The notes beneath the pieces are model-generated. The model saw only the letters and a program-made list of their open reading frames with translations. It had not been told where the DNA came from and made no database searches. The translations under genes were made by a program, and so were the position numbers. DNA of 64,000 nucleotides, from assembly GCA_964019335.1 (NCBI GenBank), contig OZ025670.1:62001-126000 (forward strand), written 5' to 3'. Shown piece after piece: positions 11,846 through 22,384 of this stretch; positions within the stretch are counted from its first letter, which is position 1; each line of letters starts with the position of its first letter. This stretch comes from Diplonema japonicum. Lineage: Eukaryota; Protista; Euglenozoa: Diplonemea.

Positions 11846-12240
11846 GAAGCTCTCTTCTGTATAAAAAAAAAAAGAAACGCCCTTTTTCTCTAAAACCCGT
11901 CTGGTACTTCTTTTAGGAGGAACTCGTTTCGGGACTCTGTTCTAATGATTGAACACCTGAACTGTATTTTTTCTTTCTTTTTTTTTTTCTCTTGACAATT
12001 GCGCTGGAATTGAGAGGGAAACACAAAAAAAGAAATTTCTCAGCCAACCATCCGGATGGCTTTTCGAATTTTTTCCTAATGTAATTCCCTTTACAGCCCC
12101 CCCCTTTGAAAGATATGACCAGACGGGTTTTAGAGTTACGGGGCGTAAGTAAAATAACGACCACAACAAAAAAAACCCCCCCCCTTATTTTTTTTTGAAA
12201 TAACTGTAATGACAACATCCCGCTGTAGGGTCACCGGTTA

Positions 12241-13359
12241 ATGTCGCTGCTGGAGGCAGAGCAACAACATGTAGAGGAGATGAAGAAAGTGTGTGAGGAC
12301 GTGAGGGGCCCGGTGGTCACGGATGGTATACTGTTGGAGGAAGATGCCGAGAAGATCTTCGGCCCGCTCGAGGCAGTGATAGAGCTATCGACCGCCATGG
12401 TCGAGATGTTGGAAAAAAGCGTGCCCTTGGGAGAAATATTAGAAAAGATAACACCTATGTTGTACGTGCACGGGAGGTACGTGGAGAACTATCACAGCTT
12501 TGTGGAGCCGTTTCTGTCCGCACACGAAGGCATCCGTCCATGGGTGATGGTGAAGGGGTTTTTCTCAAGCGTCAAAAATCTTCTCGAAGAGCTTGGCAAA
12601 CCCGTCTCAAGAGTGATGAAATGGCGCGTCAGCGTGCGTCTGAGCATCACAGAAAACCCAACCGCCGATTTGAACAGAAAGCAAACCTTTATCCGTGCTG
12701 CCGACGACCACATTGCGACTGTGTTTGAGAAGATCACATCACTTTCAAACCAAAAGCTAATGACGCCTATCACAGACAGGCTGCCCAAACATTCAACTGA
12801 CAAAAAAACGATCCTATACCACTCGGGGGAGCTTGTGAAGGAGTACGCCAGAGGCAGACACGTCAGGCGTTTCTACTTATTTTCCGACAAGCTGGTTCAT
12901 TTCAAAGTCACCGCGAAAGGTCTGACCCACACAGGGTTGAAGGGGGGGAGAAACGTTTTGTTATTAAGCGACATTGTTGAGGTGTTCCCTGAGGAGGACA
13001 GTGTAAGCAGGGCGCACGTCTTCCGGATACAAAGAGAGGGGAGGAAGGATATGGTGTTGATGGCGGAAACTGCTGAGGAGAAGTCATATTGGGTGCAACT
13101 GCTTAGAATGGTTGTTGCATCTGAGAACACGGTGAACCCGCTTGGTTTCAACCCCCTTTCCCCATCGCAGGAGGTTCCCATGGCTGCTGACGTTTTATCT
13201 CCGGACCCTCCCGAGCCTCATCTCCGGAGTGAGTCGCCTATCACAACAGGTGACCGTGACCCCCCAACATCCCCTGTGACAGAGGCCTTCGAAGATCAGG
13301 AGGAAATCCTCTTTTCCGAGGTGGATAGCCAGTACCCTGTTACCCCATTACAAGCTTGA
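12241..13359 (+). CDS. DH (RhoGEF)-PH domain protein
   Basis: DH-like IFGPLEAVIELSTAM...YVENY...L.KPVSRV, followed by PH-like GELVK...RRFYLFSDKL...AETAEEKSYWVQLL. Confidence 0.7.
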   Translation: MSLLEAEQQHVEEMKKVCEDVRGPVVTDGILLEEDAEKIFGPLEAVIELSTAMVEMLEKSVPLGEILEKITPMLYVHGRYVENYHSFVEPFLSAHEGIRPWVMVKGFFSSVKNLLEELGKPVSRVMKWRVSVRLSITENPTADLNRKQTFIRAADDHIATVFEKITSLSNQKLMTPITDRLPKHSTDKKTILYHSGELVKEYARGRHVRRFYLFSDKLVHFKVTAKGLTHTGLKGGRNVLLLSDIVEVFPEEDSVSRAHVFRIQREGRKDMVLMAETAEEKSYWVQLLRMVVASENTVNPLGFNPLSPSQEVPMAADVLSPDPPEPHLRSESPITTGDRDPPTSPVTEAFEDQEEILFSEVDSQYPVTPLQA

Positions 13360-13611
13360 TGGGGATTTTATTTTTAAAAAAAAAAAAAAAAAAAGATGAG
13401 ACGGGAGGGGTGGGTGGGATTTTCTTTTTCTTTTTTTTTTTTTTTTCTCTCTTGAACATATAGATTTCTACGATCTTTTCTCTCTATCCCCCTGCGGCTT
13501 ACTTTTTTTTTTTGTTTTTGTTTTTATATATTTCTTTTGTATTGTACAAACCAGGAGATCCCCCAGCTTTTCCTTTCTTTTTTAAAAAAAAAAAAAAAAA
13601 AACTTTTAAAC

Positions 13612-14220
13612 ATGTCGCACTTGGGCACCGTGAAGAGCTGGAGCGATGAGAAGGGGTTCGGGTTCATCATCCCGCAGGAGGGTGGCAACGACGTGTTCGT
13701 GCACAGGAAGGTGATCGGCATGCAGAGCAGCCTGATCCCCCACAAGGAAGTGAGGTACGACCTTGAGATCGAGGATGGTAAGCCTAAGGCGACCCTTGTG
13801 CACGGTGACGGTGTGGTGAAGAAGAATGTGGGCGGCCACATGGGTGGCGGTGGTGGCGCCCAGTTCGGCGGTGGCGGCGGCTTCCACAAGCAGGCAATGC
13901 CCGGCCAGCTCCAGGTTGGTATTGTGAAGATCTGGGCCCAGCCCAAGGGTTACGGTTTCATCTGTATGGAAAAAAAAAAAAAAAAAAAAAAAATCCAAAA
14001 CACAGCCCAAGGTGCCGACGGTTCCGGCCCTGACTTGTTCGTCCTGAACACCCAGACCAGGGGCAACCTCATCCCGGGTGCCAAGGTTACCTACTCTGTT
14101 GGTACCAACCCCAAGACCCAGAAGCCTTGGGCTGAGAATGTTGTCATGCTCGACAACATGCAGCCGTACGACAACTTCGCCATGGGTGGCATGGGCGGCA
14201 TGGGCATGTGGGGGGCGTAA
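13612..14220 (+). CDS. Tandem cold-shock-domain, glycine-rich RNA-binding protein (paralogue 1)
   Basis: GTVKSWSDEKGFGFI...DVFVH and a second CSD GIVKIW...KGYGFI; intron 13964-14005. Confidence 0.9.
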   Translation: MSHLGTVKSWSDEKGFGFIIPQEGGNDVFVHRKVIGMQSSLIPHKEVRYDLEIEDGKPKATLVHGDGVVKKNVGGHMGGGGGAQFGGGGGFHKQAMPGQLQVGIVKIWAQPKGYGFICMEKKKKKKKIQNTAQGADGSGPDLFVLNTQTRGNLIPGAKVTYSVGTNPKTQKPWAENVVMLDNMQPYDNFAMGGMGGMGMWGA

Positions 14221-14278
14221 GCTTGCAATGCCATGAAACCTGAAATAAAAGAAGAAGAAGAAAAAGTTTGAAAAAATA

Positions 14279-14314
<36 letters not shown>

Positions 14315-14352
14315 ACTACATAAACACGCATGCACCACACACACATTTTTAA

Positions 14353-14397
<45 letters not shown>

Positions 14398-14692
14398 AGT
14401 GTCATTTCCCCCCAATTTTTTTTTTTTCCGATTCTCCTTCATTTCCCCCTGTTTCTCTCGGATTTTCCTTCTTTGCAAAACATTCTCCTGCAATTTCTTT
14501 TTTTTTTTCTCTTTCTCTGCCCACCAAACAGCCCACTTTCCCCCCCCGGCACTATTTACCCCCTATTTTTCCCCCACCCCTTTTTCTTTAAAATATTTTT
14601 AGCTCCTATTTCTTTTTTTTTTTTTTTTTTTTTTTGTTTTCCAGTTTTTTGTTTTTTTTACTTTTTTTTTCATCAAGAAATTTTTTTTTCGC

Positions 14693-14725
<33 letters not shown>

Positions 14726-15646
14726 TTTGTTTTCATTTATTTTAAGAATCACCCTGTTATTTTGTCTTTTTTTTTTCACTTTCAGATAAGACAGAATCTG
14801 AGTGGTTGTAAGTTGAAGGTGTTAATGGGGTATTCAGTACCTTTTACCCTTTTTTTTTATGCCGTCCGTTTCAACACTCTTGGAGTGCGGTCAGCCGCTC
14901 CTTGCCTTTTTTTTTAAAAAAAATATTTTCTTCTCCCCTATCTTAGCACCCTTTTATTTTCCCTACGTTTTTTTAGTATAGGGGAGGGTTCATTTCTTTT
15001 TTTTGATTTTTTTCACTTCTTTTTTTTTTTTTCATTTCTGGTACGCGGCAGCTTTAAAAACTTTTAAAACTTTTTTTTTTTCGTTTTCTTTTTTTTTTTT
15101 TGATGTTTTAATGTTGACTTTCATACGTTAAGGCCACTACCAATGTGCATACATGGAAAAAAAAAATCACAATAAAATAGGAAAAAAAATAAATAAAAAA
15201 GGACGAAATTGATAATTATAATAAAAAAGTGTTCAGAAAATAAAAATAAATTGAAAAAAAAAAGCAGAAAAAAAAAGTAAAAAAAAAAATGTTTCTAGTA
15301 GCAAATATTGAAAAACTTAAGTGCCGTTTTTTCTTTTTTTTTTTCCATTCCCCTTCTCCCCTCCTTTCCACCCATCCCCAAAAAAGAAAAATTATAAATA
15401 AAAAAAATTACAAAAAAAATTCCATACAATTTGAAAAAAGAAAAAAAAAAAAAAAAAAAAAAAAAAACCAACCCCACTGCCCGCCCCCACCATTTCTTTG
15501 TTTTTTACTTTTCTTCTCTCTCTATTTATTTTCATTTTTTTTTCTTCCTTTTATTTTCTTTATTCGTTCTTACCAATGCTACCACGGTCACTCCCGCATG
15601 GACACACGAAGGCCTTATATTTCCTCTAAATCTTTATGCCGAAAGA

Positions 15647-15989
15647 ATGATGACAACGAAGCACCCTCTCCGGTCTCCAGCAAAACCATGCGAGATACAG
15701 CGTTGCTTTTATACCCCGTTACCCGTCTGACTTTTCTTCTTTCATTTGTTGCCCTGCATTTGTTTCTTTCCAAACCCCAACATGATGACAAACCTTCACT
15801 TTAACATGCGTGTCTTTAACCTGACCTTTTGTGTTTGATGAATACCTTTAACTTTGGCTTGCTCTTTCTGACATGTTGAATAAGGCCCTCCATGGACAAA
15901 ACAACAGAGATGATTACATATAAGCAGTCTCCCTCTTCGTGAATGGTTTTGACGAGAACCTGCTATTCGAACCTAATTACATTTTCTGA
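15647..15989 (+). ncRNA. snoRNA array I (C/D modules B, C, D)
   Basis: Three ATGAT(G/T)A...CTGA units near-identical to copies elsewhere in the window. Confidence 0.8.
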
Positions 15990-16093
15990 TGATCCCAATG
16001 CTTTGACCCTTCCCCTTCCCATGTGTCCCCGTTACCCCCCACCACTACCACAGAGCTGTTGCGCTCCGCATTATCCACTAAATATCCATATTA

Positions 16094-16733
16094 ATGTCCC
16101 GCTCAGGTAGCGTGAAAAGCTGGAGCGATGAGAAGGGGTTCGGGTTCATCATCCCGCAAGGAGGCGGCCAAGACGTGTTCGTGCACAGGAAGGTGATCGG
16201 CATGCAGAGCAGCCTGATTGCCCACAAGGAAGTGAGGTTTGACATGCAGATGGAGAAGGGGAAGCCCAAGGCTACAGCCGTCCACGGTGAGGGTGTTATC
16301 AAGAGACAAATGTCGGCCGGTGCCGGCATGCAGGTGGGCATCGTGAAGAACTGGGTGCAGGAGAAGGGCTTTGGTTTCATTTGTATGTTTTTTTTAAAAA
16401 AGTTTTTTTTTATAAATTTTTCACAGCCCAAGGTGCCGACGGTTCCGGCCCTGACTTGTTCGTCCTGAACACCCAGACCAGGGGCAACCTCATCCCGGGT
16501 GCCAAGGTGAACTACTCCATCGGTACCAACCCCAAGACCCAGAAGCCTTGGGCTGAGAATGTCATGATGGACCCTGCCAGTACCGGTGCCGCCTATGGTG
16601 CCTACAATGACCCGGGGAACTTCGCCTACTGGCCTCAAGCGGTATGTTGGGGGAAAAAAAATTGGGGGAAAAATCCTTTCTATAGCCAGCCCCCTACGGA
16701 GCTGCAGGCATGGCTGGTGGGTTCGGTTACTAG
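16094..16733 (+). CDS. Tandem cold-shock-domain protein (paralogue 2)
   Basis: Same CSD motifs; introns 16383-16426 (same position as in paralogue 1) and 16642-16685 restore frame to TAG 16731-16733. Confidence 0.88.
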
Positions 16734-16889
16734 AGATGAGATGAATATGCGTGGGAGCTAGGGGGGGATGATATAAAGTAAAGAAGAAGAAAAAAAAGGA
16801 AAAGAAGGGGGTGCTTCTATTCAAACAAACGCCAGGAGTGGACTGCAAAAAAAAAAAAAAAAAAAAAAAAGAAACAAAGAAAAAGTGTG

Positions 16890-16920
<31 letters not shown>

Positions 16921-17547
16921 TCTGTTCTTTTTTTTTTTTGCCCCAATCAATTTCCACCCCACCTGGGGGGTTTTTTTTTTATTCTTTTTTTTTCTTACTT
17001 ACCCGCCCCACCCCGTTGCCCCCCTTGAAAAAATAAAAAAAAAAGTGTTATCCCCTACCCCAGTACTCTGCCTTTTTTTCCCACTTTATGCAAGGTGTAT
17101 CTGCAATTTTTTTTACCCCCCCCTATTTATTTAATACTGGTATTGTTTCCCTCTTTTTGTTTTTCTTTTTGGCTCATTTTTTTTTTCCCCCAATCATTTT
17201 GGAAAAAAAAAAGGGGAGGGTGATGTGATGGGGAAGGAAGGAATTAAAAAAAAAACGGAATACAATTTGCAACAGGGGGAGAGAAAAAAAAAAAAACTAC
17301 AGCAAAGGCAAGAATATGGGTACATTTAATGAGGGATTTTAATAAAAAAAATGCCCCCACCCACCCACCACCAGAATTTCCCTTTATTTTTTTTACCCCA
17401 CCCCCAGGTGGCAAGATACTTAGTACCGGTTAACGTAGCCTTGAGTAATGGCAGTTTATCTTTTTTTTTCTTTTTTTTTTTGAAAAAAAATTTTGCAAAA
17501 AAAAAAAAAAAAAAAAAGCCATTCACACAAAAAAAAAAAAAAAAAAA

Positions 17548-18528
17548 ATGTTCAAAAAATATGAGAAAATGGTTGAATCCACAAACACGTGGAACTCAAA
17601 GGGGGTGAAATGCTTCAAATCGAAAGCAGCAAGCGACCACTGGGTGGTAACAGAGAAGATACACGGAGCGAATTTCAGTTTTGTAGCCTCACCGACAGAG
17701 GTTCAATGTGCAAAGAGAGACAGCATCATCGAAGACAGCGATGACTTCTTCGGGTACTTAACAGTCCGAGAAAAATACCATCAAAACGTACAAGCGGCAT
17801 TCCAAGCCCTTTCGGCTGCACACGGTGATGTCCTGTCTGCTGTTTTTTTCGGCGAATTATACGGGGGGAGGTACCCTCACCCAGACGTAACCCCCACCGA
17901 CGCCACCCCGGTCCAGCAGGGTGTTTGGTATTCCCCTCATATCGATTGGATTTGCTATGATATACGCGTCACTACTGCAGAGACATCGAGGTACCTTCCT
18001 TTTACTGATGTGATGAGTGTGTGTTCTGCTTCAATGGTGCCGTGTGTGAAGCCGCTTCTCGTTGCCCCGTTCAACGATTGTGTTAATTTCAAGATTCCGT
18101 TCGGTTCCACAATTGCAAAGCAACACCACTCGCTGCCGATGCTCCCTTCCAACACTGCAGAGGGTGTGGTTGTCAAGGGTTACTCTGTTGATTATCTTGT
18201 CCCACTTGCCTCGTCTTCTAAGAAGGTTCGTGCCATCGTGAAGATCAAGGCCGACGAGTTTGCTGAATGGGGCGACAAGAAAACCGTGTGTGCTGTGGCG
18301 TCTGCAGGCGACGGTGCTGCTCTCGTCAAAGGCTGCGTCAACAGCAACAGGCTCAACTGCGTCTTGTCCAAGCACGGCAAGCTCACCAAAAAAAGCAAAC
18401 CTCTCATTGCTGAGAAGATGTCTGCAGATATCGCAGACGACATTGCATCCACTGCAGGCGCAGAAGCCGCGATTCAGCTCAAACCCGAGATCCAGTCGCA
18501 GGTGGCTGCATTTATCAAGAACCTCTAG
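17548..18528 (+). CDS. ATP-dependent RNA ligase, T4 Rnl2 / REL family
   Basis: N-terminus MFKKY; motif I WVVTEKIHGANFS; FGELYGGRYPHP; VQQGVWYSP; motif IV AEGVVVK; motif V KIK; C-terminal NRLNCVLSK. Confidence 0.88.
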   Translation: MFKKYEKMVESTNTWNSKGVKCFKSKAASDHWVVTEKIHGANFSFVASPTEVQCAKRDSIIEDSDDFFGYLTVREKYHQNVQAAFQALSAAHGDVLSAVFFGELYGGRYPHPDVTPTDATPVQQGVWYSPHIDWICYDIRVTTAETSRYLPFTDVMSVCSASMVPCVKPLLVAPFNDCVNFKIPFGSTIAKQHHSLPMLPSNTAEGVVVKGYSVDYLVPLASSSKKVRAIVKIKADEFAEWGDKKTVCAVASAGDGAALVKGCVNSNRLNCVLSKHGKLTKKSKPLIAEKMSADIADDIASTAGAEAAIQLKPEIQSQVAAFIKNL

Positions 18529-18605
18529 CACCTAACCTATTGGGGGGTTCTTGTCTTCTATCTATCTATTTATTTATTTTTTATATCCAAACGACTGCCC
18601 ACAGC

Positions 18606-18681
18606 GAGCAACCTTTTTAGGAAACCATGGCAGGGCTTGTTACAGTGCCTTGCGAAATGGGCCGTAAGGTCTGCGAGAGCT
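18606..18681 (+). ncRNA. Module A: single-hairpin AGA-box H/ACA-like snoRNA; predicted guide for LSU pseudouridine equivalent to yeast 25S U2880
   Basis: Stems GCAACCTT/AAGGTCTGC and CCAT-GGCAGGGC/GCCTTGC-ATGG. Pocket TAGGAA + GCCG pairs with LSU CGGC-U-C-UUCCUA; AGA box 15 nt from the pocket. 13 copies start at 18606, 19217, 19559, 23516, 24236, 24777, 30009, 30448, 54727, 55166, 59122, 59480, 60204. Confidence 0.8.
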
Positions 18682-18718
18682 ATTTCCTCTATCTTAATCT
18701 TTTGTGCCGGCGACAAGA

Positions 18719-18802
18719 ATGATGACAACGAAGCACCCTCTCCGGTCTCCAGCAAAACCATGCGAGATACAGCGTTGCTTTTATACCCCGTTACCCGTCT
18801 GA
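18719..18802 (+). ncRNA. Module B: box C/D snoRNA antisense to SSU rRNA (helix 11/12 region)
   Basis: C box ATGATGA, D box CTGA. Guide CCCCGTTACCCGT is complementary to SSU ACGGGUAACGGGG, and CCCTCTCCGG to CCGGAGAGGG. Full copies at 15647, 18719, 19672, 23637, 24349, 30143, 54436, 55277, 59593; short form at 60311. Confidence 0.8.
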
Positions 18803-18850
18803 CTTTCCTTCTTTCATTTGTTGCCCTGCATTTGTTTCTTTCCAAACCCC

Positions 18851-18950
18851 AACATGATGACAAACCTTCACTTTAACATGCGTGTCTTTAACCTGACCCT
18901 TTTGTGTTTGATGAATACCTTTAACTTTGGCTTGCTCTTTCTGACATGTT
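18851..18950 (+). ncRNA. Module C: box C/D snoRNA with C, D', C', D boxes
   Basis: AACAT/ATGTT terminal stem; ATGATGA...CTGA...TTGATGA...CTGA. D' guide CATGCGTGTCTTTAA can pair with the LSU UUAGAGACGCGCAUG-type region. Copies at 15779, 18851, 23769 (deleted), 24474, 30309, 54597, 59729. Confidence 0.82.
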
Positions 18951-19007
18951 GAATAAGCCACTAACGGAGATGATTAGGAATAAGGAAAATGAAAGAAATG
19001 TAGAAAA

Positions 19008-19074
19008 GAGCCATCAAATACCATTACTTCCTCTTCTCTGTAGTTAGTAAAGGGCCGCTTTGGTCACGAGATCA
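19008..19074 (+). ncRNA. Module H: AGA-box H/ACA-like snoRNA; predicted guide for SSU pseudouridine equivalent to yeast 18S U1181
   Basis: Upper stem CCATTACT/AGTAAAGG; pocket TCAAAT + GCCGC pairs with SSU GCGGC-U-UA-AUUUGA; AGA 15 nt downstream. Copies at 19008, 24027, 59995. Confidence 0.68.
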
Positions 19075-19124
19075 TCATGGATCCCACTCTGGACCCGTGT
19101 GAGAGTGAAGACAATGATGAGGAA

Positions 19125-19188
19125 GTGCACACCTCACCAGCTGGCCACACATCATGGCCTTGATTGGTCCCTTAGCTGCACGAGAGCT
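19125..19188 (+). ncRNA. Module G: AGA-box H/ACA-like snoRNA
   Basis: Stems GTGCA/TGCAC and ACCAG/TTGGT; pocket CACCTC + CCCTT; AGA 14 nt downstream. Full copies at 19125, 24144, 59388, 60112; 5'-deleted copies near 19483 and 23452. Confidence 0.7.
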
Positions 19189-19320
19189 GTGGTCCTCTCC
19201 TTGCAGGCAAATAGTGGAGCAACCTTTTTAGGAAACCATGGCAGGGCTTTTTACAGTGCCTTGCGAAATGGGCCGTAAGGTCTGCGAGAGTTATTTTCTC
19301 TCTTGTTTTTTGTGCCAATT

Positions 19321-19370
19321 CCGGTCTCCAGCAAAACCATGTATGTGGTTTGGCAGACCCTGCGAAATGC
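19321..19370 (+). ncRNA. Module E: hairpin, probably a degenerate AGA-box guide
   Basis: GGTCT/AGACC and AAACCA/TGGTTT stems ending in GCGAAATG rather than GCGAGA; second copy at 59227-59275. Confidence 0.35.
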
Positions 19371-19387
19371 GTTGTGAAAAATGATGA

Positions 19388-19452
19388 ACCTCCCTTTGTA
19401 CTTTCCCACCTGTTCTTATGAGGTTGTGAAGGAATGGCGGGAGGCGAGATAC
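19388..19452 (+). ncRNA. Module F: AGA-box H/ACA-like snoRNA; predicted guide for SSU pseudouridine equivalent to human 18S U1692
   Basis: Stems CCTCCC/GGGAGG and CTTTC/GAAGG; pocket TGTA + AATGGC pairs with SSU GCCAUU-U-G-UACA; AGA 14 nt downstream. Copies at 19388, 23380, 54954, 59293. Confidence 0.75.
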
Positions 19453-20013
19453 CCAGAAAATAGTGAAGACAATGATGAGGAAGTGGCCACACAACATGGC
19501 CTTGATTGGTCCCTTAGCTGCACGAGAGCTGTGGTCCTCTCCTTGCAGGCAAATAGTGGAGCAACCTTTTTAGGAAACCATGGCAGGGCTTTTTACAGTG
19601 CCTTGCGAAATGGGCCGTAAGGTCTGCGAGAGTTATTTTCTGTATTTTTATCTTTTGTGCCAATGACAAGAATGATGACAACGAAGCACCCTCTCCGGTC
19701 TCCAGCAAAACCATGCGAGATGCAGCGTTGCTTTTATACCCCGTTACCCGTCTGACTTTCTGGTTCTTCCTATTTTGCTACATAAAACATTATGAAAATT
19801 TCTCAACTTCAACATGTGTCTCTTCTCTGTAGTTAGTAAAGGGTACTGTGGTCACGAATGTCATCATGGATACAACCGTTTCTGCCCACGGATACATCCA
19901 ACCATTTTCTCCAGCTCCTCCTTGAGACATCTTCTTGCGGACAAACTTTTCAAAACCACCTTTCAACCCAGCACCACAGGTTATCATATTTCTTGAACAA
20001 CCCCTCACAAAAG

Positions 20014-22384
20014 ATGATGAAAACGTGGTTCCTCGTGTTCCTGTTGTGGGGAACAGCTTCGGTTTCTGGATCTTCGCAAGAGCTTCTTCGGCCCCGTGCT
20101 CTGGGGCGGTCACCGCAGATGGACCGGGTGTGGGAGGCGACAGTGGTGGGGGAGACAGCGTACCTGGCGACAGGGCGGACAGGTCTTGTGATTCTGAACG
20201 TGAGCGACCCGTCTCAGCCCAGGGAGCTGGGGTGGTACCAGACACCGGACGCTCGCTCTGTGGCGGTGGTGGTGACAGCAGCTGTGGGTGAGGAGGAAGG
20301 AGGAGAGAAGGAGAAGGAGAAGAAGACAGCTTATGTGGTGGACCAAGAGGGTGGAATGTACATTCTTGACGTGCTGACAGAGTCGAAGCCTGTGCTGCTG
20401 GGGAGAGTGAAGGAGGCAACAGGGACTCAGGTGCGGGTGTCTGAGGAGGTGGCGTACGTGGCACGTGCAGAGGCGCGGAACCTGTTCTCTGTGAAGGTGG
20501 CGGAGCCCTCGAAGGCAGGAGTCGTCGGGAACTACAGCACCCCTGGGCACCCCCAGAGAATGGCTGTCTCGGGGACGACGTTCTTCATTGCCGACAACAC
20601 CTCCCTGCAGGTGGTAAGCTTCGCGGACCCCACCTCCCCGTCCCTCGTCAGCGAGGTGGAGACGAGCCTCGCCTGCAGCGTGTCGTTGGCGGGCGAGCTC
20701 GCCTTCGTCGGGACCTTCGACAGCGGTGTGGAAGTCTACAGCGTGGAGAACACTTCTTCTTCTTCTCCCCCGAAACTCTTGTCGAGCCTTCAAACCCCTG
20801 GAAGCCGCATCGTCGACCTGCTGGCAGTGTCGGGAGAGGGAGCTGCTGCTGGTGTTGGAACAGTCTACGCGATGGCGGAGGGTGCAGCGGGGGGTCTGCT
20901 GGTGTTGGATGTGACGACGACGGAGGCTGCTGCGTCGACGAGGGAGCCCGTGCTGCTGGGGCGGTTCGAGACGGGGGCGACAGCGACCGCTGTGGCGATG
21001 CTGACGACAACAACAACGGATGAGAAGGGGCAGCAGCACCAGCACCACCACGCCATCCTCTCGGAAGAGGAGAAGGGGGTGGAGGTTGTGAAGGTGGAGA
21101 ACTCGTCGACCCCTGTGCTTGCAGCGACCTACAAGACACCGAGGAATGCGATGAAGGTTGAGGTTGTCGGGGACTATGCATACGTGGCGGACAGGGAGGA
21201 AGGGTTCTGGTGTACGACGTGAGCCTCCCAAACACACCCCTTCTGGTGGGGAACTACTCCCTTGCGAACGGGGCGCTCACTCTGAAGATGGCGGCGGAGT
21301 GGTTGTACGTGGGAGGAGACGCCCTGTATGTGCTGGACGCGAGGAACCCCATCGACCTGAAGCTTCTAAAGTCCTACAAACGCGACAACAACAACAACAA
21401 CAACAACGACGACGACAGCAGCAACACAAGCAACTCGGTGTACGGAGTGGATGTGCTGTGGCCTGTAGCCTATGTAGCGATGGGGAACGGGGAAGGGGCC
21501 TTGTCGTTGCTGAACGTGGAGAAGGATGAGATCACTCTGATGGGGAACGTGAAGGCTGAGAACGGGCATTTCTTCAGAGGGGTGGCTGTGTGGGAGGGAG
21601 GGTCGACGAGGACGGCTTTTATTGCGGATAGCGGCAACAACAGCGACGAGAAGAGCGAAGGATCGGCCCTCGTGGTGGACGTGAGCGAGCCGTCGAAGCC
21701 AAAAGTGCTCGGGTCCGGGGTGGAGGTTCTAAGGAGAGGGAGGAATGTGACGGAGGGGAGGGAGGTGCAGGTTGTTGCGGGGAAGACCGCCTACCTCGCG
21801 ACGGCACAGGGGTTGGAGGTAGTGGACGTGAGGATGCAGGCAGAATCAGAATCAGAGTAGAATGGCAGCCGTTTTCAGTCGGAATGCACGTCGCAGAAGG
21901 GACTTCTGGTGTTGAGGTGGTAGGGACGAGGGCCTACCTCTCCACCAAAGAGGGGTTGAAGGTGTTCAACGTGAAGAACGAGTCGAAGCCGGTCATCCTG
22001 ATGGGGGTGTACAAGACCGCAGGGGACGCACAGGGGGTGGCTGTGAACCAGCAGAACGGAAGGATCTTCATGGCGGACGTGGGCCTGTGGGTCCTGGACG
22101 ATGGGGTGGACAGCAGCGACGATGACCTGACCTACCTATACGGCGTGATCCCTGCCGTCTTCTTTCTCATTCTGGGTCTTCTCCTCTACTTCTGCCTGTG
22201 CAAGAAGAAGAACGAGGAACAGGGTTCCAACACAGAAGCTAACGACAACCCCAACGAACCCACTCAGATGACCTGGAGATGCAGAAGTCAGGGTGAGGCG
22301 GGACACGCACCGCGCCCTAATGAAACAAACACCGGTAACCACTCTTTTTCCTTATCTTCCTTCTTTCTCAAAAGAGTAGAATAA
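20014..22384 (+). pseudogene. LVIVD-repeat (beta-propeller) type I membrane protein, broken by two frame disruptions
   Basis: Signal peptide MMKTWFLVFLLWG; repeated AYVA...GL.V.DVS.PS.P motifs continue across three frames (breaks near 21210 and 21860); C-terminal TM segment. No clean GTATG intron repairs the breaks, so pseudogene or assembly error. Confidence 0.7.

Larger units (their letters stand above)
18606..19872 (+). ncRNA. snoRNA array II (A-B-C-Dstub-H-G-A-E-F-G'-A-B, then degenerate H)
   Basis: Repeated AGA-box hairpins and C/D units; degenerate H copy at about 19820-19872. Confidence 0.82.

Noticed and set aside
14221-15600. Phe/Lys-rich ORFs in homopolymer tracts, and similar N-terminal extensions on ORFs at 3115, 44917 and 52917
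   Set aside because: Low-complexity intergenic A/T runs, not coding.
19060-19278. Identical 72-aa ORFs (also 24079, 60047) and other short ORFs over the arrays
   Set aside because: Chance frames across snoRNA modules; indels between copies ignore reading frame.
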